A stretch of DNA of 64,000 bases from an uncultured Alphaproteobacteria bacterium (lineage in GTDB: Bacteria; Pseudomonadota; Alphaproteobacteria; RF32; CAG-239). Of the stretch, positions 19,646 to 32,374 are shown piece by piece. The notes below the pieces were generated by a model that did not search any database, was not told the DNA's origin, and worked only from the letters and a program-made list of their open reading frames with translations. How positions within the stretch are numbered: the stretch's first letter is position 1; the number at the start of each line of letters is the position of its first letter. The stretch spans positions 73,288 through 137,287 of the forward strand of contig CALXVZ010000002.1 of NCBI GenBank assembly GCA_944392235.1, given 5' to 3'. The translations under genes and the position numbers were made by a program.

Positions 19646-19865
19646 CACAACTTGAACCATTTAAATTCCATTTTCCGACATCTCAACTCAAAGTCTCAAG
19701 CTATTAATTGAGCAAACAAATAATATATTTATTGACATCTAAAAAATAATTTACTATGTTTCTCGCATTAGTATGGGTATATAAAAACGAGAACATTCTA
19801 CCAAAATGAAATAATCGCAGTAATATATCCTACCATTTTTCAAACATTAATAGAGTGGAAGAGCT

Positions 19866-20057
19866 ATGGGAAACACAAGTCCGATACAATTTTTTAGACA
19901 AGTTAAACAAGAAGTAAAAAAGGTTACATGGCCATCTAAAAAAGAAGTAACACGAGCAACAATTATGGTAATGATAATCGTTGCAATTGCTTCTGCATTT
20001 TTCTTCTGTGTAGATATGATATTTGCCGCCATAGTTCGTGCAATATTTGAATATTAG
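19866..20057 (+). CDS. secE: preprotein translocase subunit SecE
   Basis: 63 aa with a single C-terminal TM helix (KKVTWPSKKEV...). Immediately upstream of nusG. Confidence 0.85.
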   Translation: MGNTSPIQFFRQVKQEVKKVTWPSKKEVTRATIMVMIIVAIASAFFFCVDMIFAAIVRAIFEY

Positions 20058-20067
20058 GAGATGCCAC

Positions 20068-20601
20068 ATGACAGCACGTTGGTACGTTGTTAACGTATAT
20101 TCTGGATCTGAGAAAAAAGTTGCCGAATCTATCAGAGAGCAAGCCGTCTTAAAGAAGATGGATGATAAGATTTTGGAAGTATTAGTTCCAACCGAACAAG
20201 TAGTAGAAGTTCGTAAAGGAACAAAAGTAAACGCAGAACACAAATTCTTCCCAGGATATATTCTAGTAAAGATGGAAATGAGTGATGATGCATGGCATAT
20301 CGTAAAAGATACACCTCGTGTTAGTGGTTTCTTAGGAAGTCACAACAAGCCACAAGCAATTAGTGATGCTGAAGTAAAAAGAATCATGACACAAATTGAA
20401 GAAGGTGTTGAACGTCCATCTACTGAAATTTACTTTGAAGTTGGCGAACAGATAAAAGTAACAGATGGTCCATTTGCATCATTTGTTGGAGTAGTTGAAG
20501 AAGTTGACAATGAAAAGTCACGTGTAAAAGTTTCTGTATCAATCTTCGGACGTTATACTCCAGTAGAATTAGAGTTCAGTCAAGTAGAAAAAATTGCTTA
20601 A
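20068..20601 (+). CDS. nusG: transcription termination/antitermination factor NusG
   Basis: NGN domain WYVVNVYSGSEKKV plus a C-terminal KOW domain. RBS AGGAG 7 nt upstream of ATG 20068. Confidence 0.9.
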   Translation: MTARWYVVNVYSGSEKKVAESIREQAVLKKMDDKILEVLVPTEQVVEVRKGTKVNAEHKFFPGYILVKMEMSDDAWHIVKDTPRVSGFLGSHNKPQAISDAEVKRIMTQIEEGVERPSTEIYFEVGEQIKVTDGPFASFVGVVEEVDNEKSRVKVSVSIFGRYTPVELEFSQVEKIA

Positions 20602-20625
20602 CAGACTGAATAAGACAATAAAAAA

Positions 20626-20654
20626 GCCTCCTTTGGAAAGGAGGTTTTTTTTAT
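20626..20654. terminator. bidirectional rho-independent terminator
   Basis: aaaaaaGCCTCCTTTggaAAGGAGGTtttttttt. Confidence 0.65.
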
Positions 20655-20669
20655 ATTACTAAGAAACTG

Positions 20670-21116
20670 TTATTTTTGAGATGTCTCTAATATTTTCTCA
20701 CGAGCTTTACGAGCTTTCTCTGCAACTGTTTCTTTTGTTTTACTCTCTGTATCTCTATTCTGCATTTTTGCTAACTGATTTGGTTCTTTTTTTTTTAAAG
20801 AAGCCGCATATGCATACAAAATTTCATTTTCCGCATCAGGATTATCATTATATTTCATTTCACAAACATAGAGTGTTTCTAATTTTTTAATTTTACTAAT
20901 TGCTTCACTTTTTAAGCCTTCAATCAAAACCAAATCATCCTTAGAACGAGAAATTTCAATTAATTTATTTTTTTCATCCAACAAAAATGTAGGATTAGCA
21001 GGTTTACCCTCACCTGCATACAATAAAACCATAACTTCACCGGCATCATTATCCATCAATTCATAAACATTTTTAGGAGATAATGCTGTCGCATCTTTAT
21101 TTTCAGTCATATTCAC
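20670..21116 (-). CDS. hypothetical protein (148 aa)
   Basis: No recognisable motif; K/E-rich C-terminus. Confidence 0.4.
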   Translation of the reverse strand: MNMTENKDATALSPKNVYELMDNDAGEVMVLLYAGEGKPANPTFLLDEKNKLIEISRSKDDLVLIEGLKSEAISKIKKLETLYVCEMKYNDNPDAENEILYAYAASLKKKEPNQLAKMQNRDTESKTKETVAEKARKAREKILETSQK

Positions 21117-21271
21117 ATCCTTTTCTATAATTCTGTAGAAATAATAATAATAAGTTATTAAAAATCTCTTACCCTCAAAAAAGATAATAAATTTTTTATT
21201 GCAATCTAAAAAATATATGATATAAATGCGGAACAGTTTAACATTTTAAGAATAGAAAAGAGGTGATTTAA

Positions 21272-21478
21272 GTGGTTCAAGTTACTGTTATTGGTAATGA
21301 TGTAGCTCAGTCTTTAAAGATTTTAAAGAAGAAAATGCAACGTGAAGGAATCTTCCGCGAAATGAAATTAAGACGTTGCCATGAGAAAAACTCAGAAAAG
21401 AAAGCACGTCGCCAAGCTGAAGCTATCAGAAGAGCAAGAAAGCAGTTGCGTAAACGCTTAGATACAGAAGGTTTCTAA
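21272..21478 (+). CDS. rpsU: 30S ribosomal protein S21
   Basis: [35 protein letters not shown]... typical S21, 68 aa. Confidence 0.9.
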   Translation: MVQVTVIGNDVAQSLKILKKKMQREGIFREMKLRRCHEKNSEKKARRQAEAIRRARKQLRKRLDTEGF

Positions 21479-21539
21479 TCTACTGTTATAAAGGGAACAT
21501 AAAAATGTTCCCTTTTCATTTTACAGAAAGACAATTTTT

Positions 21540-22346
21540 ATGATTTTCGAAAATGCAAAAACTCTTTTAAAAAGAGAATATGAAAAATATTACAATATAT
21601 CCTCAGCACACGCCCAAAAAGTTATGAATGAAAAAACACGCCATTCATACCAAGTACTAGGAGTAGGAAATTACCTATTAAAGCACGAAGCTTGCTTTAA
21701 TACGGCATCACCTGAAGAAGTAACACGTTTAAAAGCAACCGTTCTTTTACATGATATTGGCCGTTTCTATGAAGTTTATAGAGAAGGTTTTGATGAAAAA
21801 GTAGACCATGGAGAATATGGTGCACAATTATTAGAAACCATCCCTCTTTACAAAGATATAAGAATAACTCTACCTATAAAGCACCATGGTCATCTAATCA
21901 AAAATCTATACAAAGATGAGACATACATCGACTTAGATGCAACGAAAAAAAAAGAAATAGAAAAAATAATTTATTTAGTAAGAGATTCAGATAAAATCGC
22001 CAACTTTTACTTACTTTCAAGAGAATTCCCAGACATGGAAGAGCTTTTTTTCTTTGCTCAACGCATGGATATAGGAAGCCAAGAAATATCTCAAGAAGTA
22101 TGGCATGATTTTTTAAATCACACAGAAGTTAATATAAACAATGTCCACACAGCAGCAGAAAACGCTTTAATGATACTAGCCTGTGCTTTTGATATAAGAT
22201 ATATCTCCTCATATCAACTGTTACAAAAAACACAAATGCTAACAAAACTATATAACTATATGAAAAAATTTTGGACAGAGAAAGATGCTGAAATTTGTTG
22301 GACTGAAATAAATCATCACATAAAAAAGAAATTAAGCAATTTATAA
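21540..22346 (+). CDS. HD-domain phosphohydrolase (unknown substrate)
   Basis: H...LLHDIGRF HD motif. Confidence 0.55.
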   Translation: MIFENAKTLLKREYEKYYNISSAHAQKVMNEKTRHSYQVLGVGNYLLKHEACFNTASPEEVTRLKATVLLHDIGRFYEVYREGFDEKVDHGEYGAQLLETIPLYKDIRITLPIKHHGHLIKNLYKDETYIDLDATKKKEIEKIIYLVRDSDKIANFYLLSREFPDMEELFFFAQRMDIGSQEISQEVWHDFLNHTEVNINNVHTAAENALMILACAFDIRYISSYQLLQKTQMLTKLYNYMKKFWTEKDAEICWTEINHHIKKKLSNL

Positions 22347-22550
22347 ATATAATTATTTTTTTACTCTCAAACACAAAAAAGCAAAAATATAAGTTAGGCT
22401 ATTTTTTATTATGATATAAATAAAAAGACCAATAACATTTTCATCAGATTTAGCTGTGTTTGTGCATTAAATTTATGTTGTTTTTAATTTTAAATATTGA
22501 TAATCTAAGGCTAGATTTTTGCAATAACCTATATAAAAAGGAAAATAAAG

Positions 22551-23852
22551 ATGTTGGATATAAAATTTATAATAGAAAATCCTGAATTGGTAAAAGAAGG
22601 ATTAGCTAAAAAAGGATACACTGAAGAACAAATCAACATAGATGATTTAATTAGTTTACACAAAGATATAAATAAACTAAAAACATCCACTCAAGCATTA
22701 GCTGAAGAAAAAAATAAACTTAGCAATTCTATTAAATCCGCATCAACAGAAGAACGTCCATCAATAATTGCAAAAAGTAAAGAATTAGGAGAAGAATTAA
22801 AGAAAGAACAAGAATTATTAGCTGCAGAGCAAGAAAAATTTGACTATATTATGTGGAGAATGCCAAACTTACCTTGCCCAGATTCTCCAATAGGACCTGA
22901 CGAGTCTGGAAACATTATCCTAAGAAAAGTCGGAGAGCCAACGAAATTTGACTTCACACCGAAAGATCATATAGAGTTAATGGAACTAAATGATTGGTCT
23001 GAACTAGAACGTATTACAAAAGTTTCCGGCGCCCGCACATATGCTATAAAAAATGAATTATCGCGCCTAGAATTAGCTATGCACATGCTCGTGTTAGATA
23101 AATTAAGTGAACATGGATTTACAACAATCACCGTTCCTTCATTATCAAAGCAAAAACCCCTTTATGGCATGGGCTACTTACCATTTTCAAAAGATGAAGT
23201 ATACTATATGCCAGCGGATGATTTGTATCTATCAGGCACCGCCGAATTAGTATTGAATTCTCTAAGAGCTGATGAAATATTATCTGAAAACGATCTACCA
23301 GTATTATATGCAGGTTTCTCTCCATGCTTCCGCCGTGAAGCCGGAGCAGCCGGGAAGGATACAAGAGGTTTAGTTCGCGTTCACCAATTCTTAAAGACAG
23401 AACAATTCGTTATCTGCAAAAATGATATCGCTGAAAGTGAAAAATGGCATAAAACCCTATTAGCTATCTCTGAAGAAGTATTACAAGACTTAGAATTACC
23501 TTATCAGGTACTAGAGATTTGCACTGGTGATATGGGAGCTCCTAAATATCGTCAATACGACTTAGAGGCTTGGACACCTTCACAAAATTGTTATAGAGAA
23601 ACCCATTCATGCTCAAACATTACAGAATGGCAAGCTCGTAGAACAAATTTAAGATACAGAGACAATAAAGACGGCAAAGTAAAATTTGTTCATACATTAA
23701 ACAATACAGGCATAGCAACACCACGTATATTAGTTCCGTTTATTGAAAACCATCAGCAATCCGACTACACCGTTAGAATTCCTGAAAAATTGCAACCATA
23801 TATGAACGGAAAGAAATATATTGGTAAAAATGCTAAAAATAAAAACGCATAA
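22551..23852 (+). CDS. serS: seryl-tRNA synthetase
   Basis: 433 aa. N-terminal coiled coil and class II core (GFSPCFRREAGAAGKDTRGLVRVHQF). Confidence 0.95.
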   Translation: MLDIKFIIENPELVKEGLAKKGYTEEQINIDDLISLHKDINKLKTSTQALAEEKNKLSNSIKSASTEERPSIIAKSKELGEELKKEQELLAAEQEKFDYIMWRMPNLPCPDSPIGPDESGNIILRKVGEPTKFDFTPKDHIELMELNDWSELERITKVSGARTYAIKNELSRLELAMHMLVLDKLSEHGFTTITVPSLSKQKPLYGMGYLPFSKDEVYYMPADDLYLSGTAELVLNSLRADEILSENDLPVLYAGFSPCFRREAGAAGKDTRGLVRVHQFLKTEQFVICKNDIAESEKWHKTLLAISEEVLQDLELPYQVLEICTGDMGAPKYRQYDLEAWTPSQNCYRETHSCSNITEWQARRTNLRYRDNKDGKVKFVHTLNNTGIATPRILVPFIENHQQSDYTVRIPEKLQPYMNGKKYIGKNAKNKNA

Positions 23853-23875
23853 ATAAGCAAAACAAAAGGAGAGTT

Positions 23876-24535
23876 ATGAAAAAGATTGATAAAATCATCA
23901 ATTTTATGCGAGCATTAGAAGAAGTTTGTATCGTAAAAAGAGACTTACTCTTATACGAAGGCTCCCCGGAAAATGATGCCATGCATATTTTCAAACTCTC
24001 CTTTTTAGTTATGCTTATAGCACCTTATCTCAAATCTCCTATAGATTATACAAAGATGTTAGAAATGGCATTAGTCCACGATATAGCAGAAGGAAAGGTT
24101 GGAGATTACACTGCAGCAAATCAAATAGCAAATCCATCCATTAGAGAAGAAAAAAAGTATAAAGAAGCACAAGCCATCAAAGAATTAAAAAAGCTTCTTC
24201 CAGCTCCCTTAAATAAAAAAATCTATGATTTATATGAAGAATACGAAGAAAAGCAGACCATTGAAGCAAAAATAGTCTCTGCACTAGACAAATTAGAAGC
24301 AAATCTGCAGGCAAATCAATATAAAGATGGCGATGTTCGCTATTGGGGATTATGTGAAAATGGTGGAGAATATTATAAAATGGCACTAAAGAAAAAGCCA
24401 CTCATAGCCGAATTAAATGAACCAATAATAAAAGAATTAGAAAAAGCCATTATAGCCTTATCTCGTGAAAACATGCAAAAATGTGCATTACATCCTGTAA
24501 ATAAGAAGAGGACAGATGCTACTATATGTAAATAA
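23876..24535 (+). CDS. HD-domain 5'-deoxynucleotidase, YfbR-like
   Basis: H..LVHDIAEGKVGDY motif of the HD_3/YfbR family. Confidence 0.55.
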   Translation: MKKIDKIINFMRALEEVCIVKRDLLLYEGSPENDAMHIFKLSFLVMLIAPYLKSPIDYTKMLEMALVHDIAEGKVGDYTAANQIANPSIREEKKYKEAQAIKELKKLLPAPLNKKIYDLYEEYEEKQTIEAKIVSALDKLEANLQANQYKDGDVRYWGLCENGGEYYKMALKKKPLIAELNEPIIKELEKAIIALSRENMQKCALHPVNKKRTDATICK

Positions 24536-25604
24536 AAAAGAAGAGCGTCGCAAAAAAATAAAAAAGCTTATAACAATAATAAGCATCATTTTATTCTGTA
24601 TTATCAATCTACTTTATTTACATAAACACTTAAACTATACAAACAACAATATTCTATCTTATACTTCCCCTATTAAAGCACCTGAGTGGTATACCCAAAC
24701 ATCACCAGTAGTAATATTTTATACAAAAGATAAGACACATTTTGCCATATTAATCCCAGAAGAATTAAATAGAGAAAATTTAAAAACAATATCTGTTGCT
24801 TTATCTAAACTTCCCTCTTCAATAAATAATCACTACTTTGCAGATAAAATAGAAAATAATAAAATATTGCTTGAACTCATTCAGTTTTACACCCCACAAA
24901 TACAACAGACACAAGACAAAGATAAAGCAGAACTTATAATAGCATCAAAAGAAGATAGTCTACTACCACTTTTAAACAACCAAAATTTTTACACCAAAAC
25001 AATAAATTACAAACAAATCAAGCATTATTCATTACCCTCACAAATATACAGCATAATAGACACTAATTATCCCATAAGTTTTACCCCAAAAACACAATTA
25101 GAAAAAGAACAAAAAAACCTTCAAAATTTCGCCAAAGACAATAAAGATAAGCTACTAAGCTATTTTTCTCAAAGAACTATCTCAAATGTAGATTTTCCAT
25201 TATCAACCGATAATCTTTTTTTAAAAAATGTGCGCCTATGCATTTCTGGAACATTAGAAAAATCATGTAGTTTGAAAAAGCACCTATCCTTAGAAAAAAA
25301 CATAGAAAATGCATTAAAAAAACTCACCACGCACGATAAACCTCAACGCTTATCGCTATTAACATCATTCAAAAAAATAGCAGATACTGAAACAATAGAA
25401 CAAGACGAAGGAATATTTTTCCGTTTTGAAAAAAGAGAATATCTAATGCTTCCCAACGAAATTGCTAAATATAAAGAACAAGATAGTAAAAATTTATTTA
25501 ACTATATAAAATTACAATCAGGAATAAACCCAGAATATAAAACATCTAAAATGCAATTTTATAAATTTAAGACAGTGGAGATAAATTTAAATGACAACAT
25601 ATAA
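24516..25604 (+). CDS. hypothetical membrane-anchored protein
   Basis: N-terminal TM helix, then an N/K/T-rich sequence. No recognisable domain. Confidence 0.4.
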   Translation: MLLYVNKKEERRKKIKKLITIISIILFCIINLLYLHKHLNYTNNNILSYTSPIKAPEWYTQTSPVVIFYTKDKTHFAILIPEELNRENLKTISVALSKLPSSINNHYFADKIENNKILLELIQFYTPQIQQTQDKDKAELIIASKEDSLLPLLNNQNFYTKTINYKQIKHYSLPSQIYSIIDTNYPISFTPKTQLEKEQKNLQNFAKDNKDKLLSYFSQRTISNVDFPLSTDNLFLKNVRLCISGTLEKSCSLKKHLSLEKNIENALKKLTTHDKPQRLSLLTSFKKIADTETIEQDEGIFFRFEKREYLMLPNEIAKYKEQDSKNLFNYIKLQSGINPEYKTSKMQFYKFKTVEINLNDNI

Positions 25605-27309
25605 TGGTTATGAATTAAACTACAGTATAGATGAGCTAAAAAAAATGACTACAGAGGAAATGACAGATGTCATTCTTTTATCACCAAATTCAGAAGAATA
25701 TCTCTCCTTAGAAGAAGGCGATAAAAAAGCCCTTAGGCATTTAGTCATTGCTGCCAAAATTTTTAATAACGTTAGTTTAAAACAAGACAATGCATTAAAT
25801 ATAACAATGAAACAAGCACTTGAAGAAGCTGCTCCTAATAATGAACAAGCAGCCTTATCATTAAAGATGTTCAATTCTTTAAATGGCGTAAGTGGACTAA
25901 ACGGAGTCGATAAAGAACCTATAACCATATTTAAAGGACTAATCACTCCTGCAGGTAAAAACTTTTACCCACAAGACTTAACAGTTGAAGAATTTCATCA
26001 AATACTTCTAAATATGTTTAATGAAGAAAAAGTAACTGAAATAGCAAAAATTTTATCTTCCAGAACAATGGTAATTCGTGATAAAAATGAATTAAAAGCC
26101 ATTGACTACACCGAATACTTTAAGGATGAATTTTCAGAAATAGCCAATGAATTAGAAGTTGCCGCACATTATTGCACAAACTCATTATTCAAAGAATACC
26201 TTTCATGGCAAGCCCAAGCTCTTTTACAAAATAACGAAGAGATGGACATGCTAGCAGATAAGCATTGGGCAATGATGCAAGATACACCATTAGAATTTAC
26301 AATAAGCCGAGAAAATTATGATGATGAAATGACTCCAACTGTTTTAGAAAATACTGAGCTAGCACAAAAAATAAAAGAAAAAAACATCGAAGTAATCGCC
26401 AAAGATATGCTTGGAGTAAGAGTTGGCATAGTCAACAAAAAAGGAACAGAAGTTTTATTAAAATTTAAAGATACAATGCCTCAATTAAGCAGTTTGATGC
26501 CTTATGCAGAAAAATACACACAAAGCATCAACACAACAACCGAATTAAAGCAAACAATGGTAGATGTAGATTTAATAAGTTTAACAGGGGATTACGCACA
26601 ATGCCGAGGCGGTATGACTGTAGCACAAAATCTACCTAACAATGACAAATTATCCATAAAGACAGGAGGCGGAAGACGTAATGTATATCACCGCCAAGTA
26701 AGATTGAGCCAAGATGCTGCAAGAACCCAAAAAATGCTAAATGCATTTTTACATCCTGACTTTCATAAATATTACAACATTGAAGCAGATCACTTATTTG
26801 TTATCGGTCACGAAAATGGACATTCCTTAGGTCCAAATAGTGAATATCAAAATTCTCCAGGAATATGCAAATCCATAATAGAAGAAAACAAAGCCGATAC
26901 AATTTCCATATCATTTATGCCTGAATATGTCAAAAAAGGTATTATCGATGAAACAACCTTAAAAGAAATATATACGACGTGGATTTTCCGCTTATTATTG
27001 AGAGCACAACCAATTTTTCCAACAGAAACATATAAAATTGTCGATTTAATTGAATTTAATACACTATTAAAACATCAAGCAATTTTCTTTGATGAAAATA
27101 AATTAATCCATATAAACTTCGACAAGGTAAGTCCAGCCATGTATGAATTGCTTAGCCAAGTGATAGATATTCAATTATCTAAATCACCTCAAAAAGCACG
27201 TCAATATATTGAAGCAAATACAACATGGAACGATTTGCATGAATATATTGCAGACACACACAAAAAATTAGGCCTAAAGAAATACAAGAATATTGTAAAT
27301 TTCTTTTGA
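25591..27309 (+). CDS. putative zinc metallopeptidase (HExxH; M64-like pattern)
   Basis: GHENGHSLGPNSEY resembles the HExGHS...EY motif of M64-type peptidases. Family assignment is tentative. Confidence 0.4.
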   Translation: MTTYNGYELNYSIDELKKMTTEEMTDVILLSPNSEEYLSLEEGDKKALRHLVIAAKIFNNVSLKQDNALNITMKQALEEAAPNNEQAALSLKMFNSLNGVSGLNGVDKEPITIFKGLITPAGKNFYPQDLTVEEFHQILLNMFNEEKVTEIAKILSSRTMVIRDKNELKAIDYTEYFKDEFSEIANELEVAAHYCTNSLFKEYLSWQAQALLQNNEEMDMLADKHWAMMQDTPLEFTISRENYDDEMTPTVLENTELAQKIKEKNIEVIAKDMLGVRVGIVNKKGTEVLLKFKDTMPQLSSLMPYAEKYTQSINTTTELKQTMVDVDLISLTGDYAQCRGGMTVAQNLPNNDKLSIKTGGGRRNVYHRQVRLSQDAARTQKMLNAFLHPDFHKYYNIEADHLFVIGHENGHSLGPNSEYQNSPGICKSIIEENKADTISISFMPEYVKKGIIDETTLKEIYTTWIFRLLLRAQPIFPTETYKIVDLIEFNTLLKHQAIFFDENKLIHINFDKVSPAMYELLSQVIDIQLSKSPQKARQYIEANTTWNDLHEYIADTHKKLGLKKYKNIVNFF

Positions 27310-27373
27310 AAAAGATTGCTAAACAATAAGAAGTAAGATATATAAAAAAACAAACATAATAGGAGTAAAAGAA

Positions 27374-27748
27374 ATGTTTGGAAAATTTGTTTACGGACAA
27401 TACTCATTAGCAGAAGCTTTTTGGAAATTTTCTGTATTAGGATTATTCGCCTCAAGTTTCATTGCTCGAGCATTAATGATTTTCTTAAAACAATCCGCAG
27501 GATATGAAACCAGATTTCTGCAAATCGTTTGGAATAATATTTCATTATTGAGTATGAATCCAACAACATTCATATGGTTATGTTTTTATATAGCTGCTTT
27601 TCTAGGAGTTGCAACATACAGCATTGTTTGCATCATTGGCATGTGGAACACATACAAAGAATATGAAAAAAGTAAAGTTTTAGCATTTATTTGTATGATA
27701 TTAGTCTGGATAATGGTTTATTTTGCAATAAAGTATTCCATTTACTAA
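27374..27748 (+). CDS. small integral membrane protein (3-4 TM)
   Basis: Hydrophobic segments only. Confidence 0.4.
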   Translation: MFGKFVYGQYSLAEAFWKFSVLGLFASSFIARALMIFLKQSAGYETRFLQIVWNNISLLSMNPTTFIWLCFYIAAFLGVATYSIVCIIGMWNTYKEYEKSKVLAFICMILVWIMVYFAIKYSIY

Positions 27749-27767
27749 ACACTGTATTATAGCAAAA

Positions 27768-27795
27768 AACTCTCCTAATCATGGAGAGTTTTTTT
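27768..27795. terminator. bidirectional terminator
   Basis: aaaaAACTCTCCtaatcatGGAGAGTTttttt. Confidence 0.55.
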
Positions 27796-27889
27796 ATGTT
27801 AATTTTTTGCATAAAATATATTTTTTTTAAAATTAGAGAAGAAACTCAAAGGCTTCTTCTCTACTTTTTTAATATTTAGCCAACAATGA

Positions 27890-30343
<2,454 letters not shown>

Positions 30344-30554
30344 TTATAATAAATTTCAAGCACACTTTAATATAGCACCATCACAATTTTAACCAAGTAA
30401 TTTTTGCAAAAAATGCAAGGTTATCCCCTATTTTTTGCAAAAATACGCAATTTATCAAAGCAATAAAATACAGCCATAAAAATTATCAAATTTCAAAGCT
30501 ATTTTACAACAAAGCAAACAGTTTATAAGCCTAACAGTTGAGAAATAATTTCAC

Positions 30555-30584
30555 AAAAAAAAATGCCTTCTAATAGAAGACATT
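30555..30584 (-). terminator. rho-independent terminator for the 30618..31259 gene
   Basis: Minus strand reads ATGTCTTCTattagAAGGCATttttttttt. Confidence 0.5.
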
Positions 30585-30617
30585 TTCATACAATATCATT
30601 TTATTAACGATTTAAGA

Positions 30618-31259
30618 CTAAAGACGTCCCATTCTTCTTTTCTGTTCCATAATTCGACGAGCCAGAACATTTTTTTGATGTTGAGCTCTAATATCTGAAA
30701 TAATATTTTTAGGAGCTTTCACTTTTTCCCCTTTTGCAATACTATCTACAATACGCTCTCCATTAGCTTTAACTGCTTTCCATTTTTCGTCATCACGTAT
30801 ATCCATAATACGTTCATCACCAATAGACAAAGGTACGCTCATATCAACATCTTTAAATCCAAACTGTTGTTCCAAAGCAACAATAATTCGTGGATCAGTT
30901 GTAACAATCATATCCGCACCGGAAGAAGTCATCGCCGCATATACACCGTTATTACGGCCCAAATACCCAGAGGCTATCTGCAGTTCTCCATTTTTCCTAA
31001 GATTAGTTCTTATATCCTCCGCCATATTTTTACAATTGCTTTTTCCTGTATTACTATCAATTCCGCCCAAAGAACGAGCAGGATCCTCAACCAGACGTCC
31101 AGATTGATCTCGACCAACTGCCACTCTTATTTTATGGGAATCATCTACATGTAAATAATCATTATCTTTAAATCCCATTTCCGTAAGAATTTCTTTCAAA
31201 GAATGAGGACGAAATCCCTCATTACCATAAATATAATCAAAAGCTGGATCATTAGACAT
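30618..31259 (-). CDS. conserved hypothetical protein (213 aa), co-directional with nrdG
   Basis: No motif confidently recognised. Confidence 0.35.
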   Translation of the reverse strand: MSNDPAFDYIYGNEGFRPHSLKEILTEMGFKDNDYLHVDDSHKIRVAVGRDQSGRLVEDPARSLGGIDSNTGKSNCKNMAEDIRTNLRKNGELQIASGYLGRNNGVYAAMTSSGADMIVTTDPRIIVALEQQFGFKDVDMSVPLSIGDERIMDIRDDEKWKAVKANGERIVDSIAKGEKVKAPKNIISDIRAQHQKNVLARRIMEQKRRMGRL

Positions 31260-31388
31260 CTTTTTTCTCCTCCCTAATTAAACATAATAAGAATATATAC
31301 GATTCTCAGCCACATTGTAAGAAAAAGCGCCATCATTTCTGTAAAATGACGACGCATGCAAATATAAGATTCTCAATAAAATAAGGCC

Positions 31389-32090
31389 TCATTTACGAAC
31401 ATCAAACACATCAAAAGATGTTTTCAAATATTGTAAAAGACCTTCATTTTCAACCAAAGCCAAGCATTGACTCTCAGTAGTATCTGTGTCAGAAGGAACT
31501 TTCCGATATTTTTGTAAATAGTATTCTTTAACCCCCATATTTTTCAAGGAGTCTGCTATTTTATAAATATCCTCAACAGATAAAAATCGCGGATCACAAG
31601 TTGTCCGACATTCAAAATGGATTCCAGAATCAACAAGGAGTTTCAAACTTTCTTGAACCTTGTATACATCTGCGATTCCCCCTGTTACTTCTTTATAATG
31701 CTTTTCATCAAAAGGAGCTTTAATATCAAAGCCCACCCAATCAATCAGATGAAGAACTTTTTGAAAACGAGTAGGATGATATCCTCCTGTATGAAGACCT
31801 ATCTGATAGCCCAAAGCTTTTACTTCATTAATAGCGTCAATCAATCCGTCTTGCACCAATGGTTCTCCGCCAGAAAAGACCACAGCATCCAAAACACCTT
31901 TTCTCTGATTTAAGAAATCAACAAACTTATGCCAAGCAATATCCGTATCGGCATTTACATCCTGAAGATGGACATTATGACAGAAAGGACAACGCCAAGG
32001 ACATCCCTGCATAAAGACAACAGCGGACATCTTATTCGGAAAATCGACGATACTGAATTTCTCAATACCGCCGATTTTAATAGGGTTCAT
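31389..32090 (-). CDS. nrdG: anaerobic ribonucleoside-triphosphate reductase activating protein (radical SAM)
   Basis: CPWRCPFCHN (CxxxCxxC) radical SAM motif, VFSGGEPL, and adjacency downstream of nrdD. Confidence 0.7.
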   Translation of the reverse strand: MNPIKIGGIEKFSIVDFPNKMSAVVFMQGCPWRCPFCHNVHLQDVNADTDIAWHKFVDFLNQRKGVLDAVVFSGGEPLVQDGLIDAINEVKALGYQIGLHTGGYHPTRFQKVLHLIDWVGFDIKAPFDEKHYKEVTGGIADVYKVQESLKLLVDSGIHFECRTTCDPRFLSVEDIYKIADSLKNMGVKEYYLQKYRKVPSDTDTTESQCLALVENEGLLQYLKTSFDVFDVRK

Positions 32091-32112
32091 AATTCAATTA
32101 CACCCAAATAAA

Positions 32113-32361
32113 TTATTCTGCCGCCAAAGCCAAAGTTTCATCTGCCTTGCAAGCACATTCACGAACTTCGCAACCATGAATAGCTTTTTCTTCGCAGAAG
32201 CATAATCTACTATTATATTCGCCTTTCTTACCAACATTAAATTCTGTAGTTGGACGAATATACCCCATAACTCTGGTATAAACTTCGCAACGTTGTCTTT
32301 CGGAATCATCCAACTTTACATCATCAATATTAATAATATTACTCATCGTTCTCCCTTTCAA
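32113..32361 (-). CDS. stand-alone glycyl-radical module corresponding to the NrdD C-terminus
   Basis: 82 aa with its own RBS (AAGGGAGA). Contains CEVYTRVMGYIRP, the RVxGY glycyl-radical motif that normally ends NrdD. Confidence 0.55.
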   Translation of the reverse strand: MKGRTMSNIINIDDVKLDDSERQRCEVYTRVMGYIRPTTEFNVGKKGEYNSRLCFCEEKAIHGCEVRECACKADETLALAAE

Positions 32362-32374
32362 TTAATATAATATA

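Noticed and set aside
19825-19835. ATATCCTACCA just upstream of secE, weakly resembling the TCCTATA..CCCTGCCA repeat end
   Set aside because: Only ~11 bp with several mismatches. In 30% GC DNA this is not distinguishable from chance, so it is not called as the array's right boundary.
32094-32309. 71-aa minus-strand ORF overlapping the NrdD C-terminal-module ORF
   Set aside because: Out-of-frame overlap with an ORF that has a strong RBS and conserved motif. Spurious.
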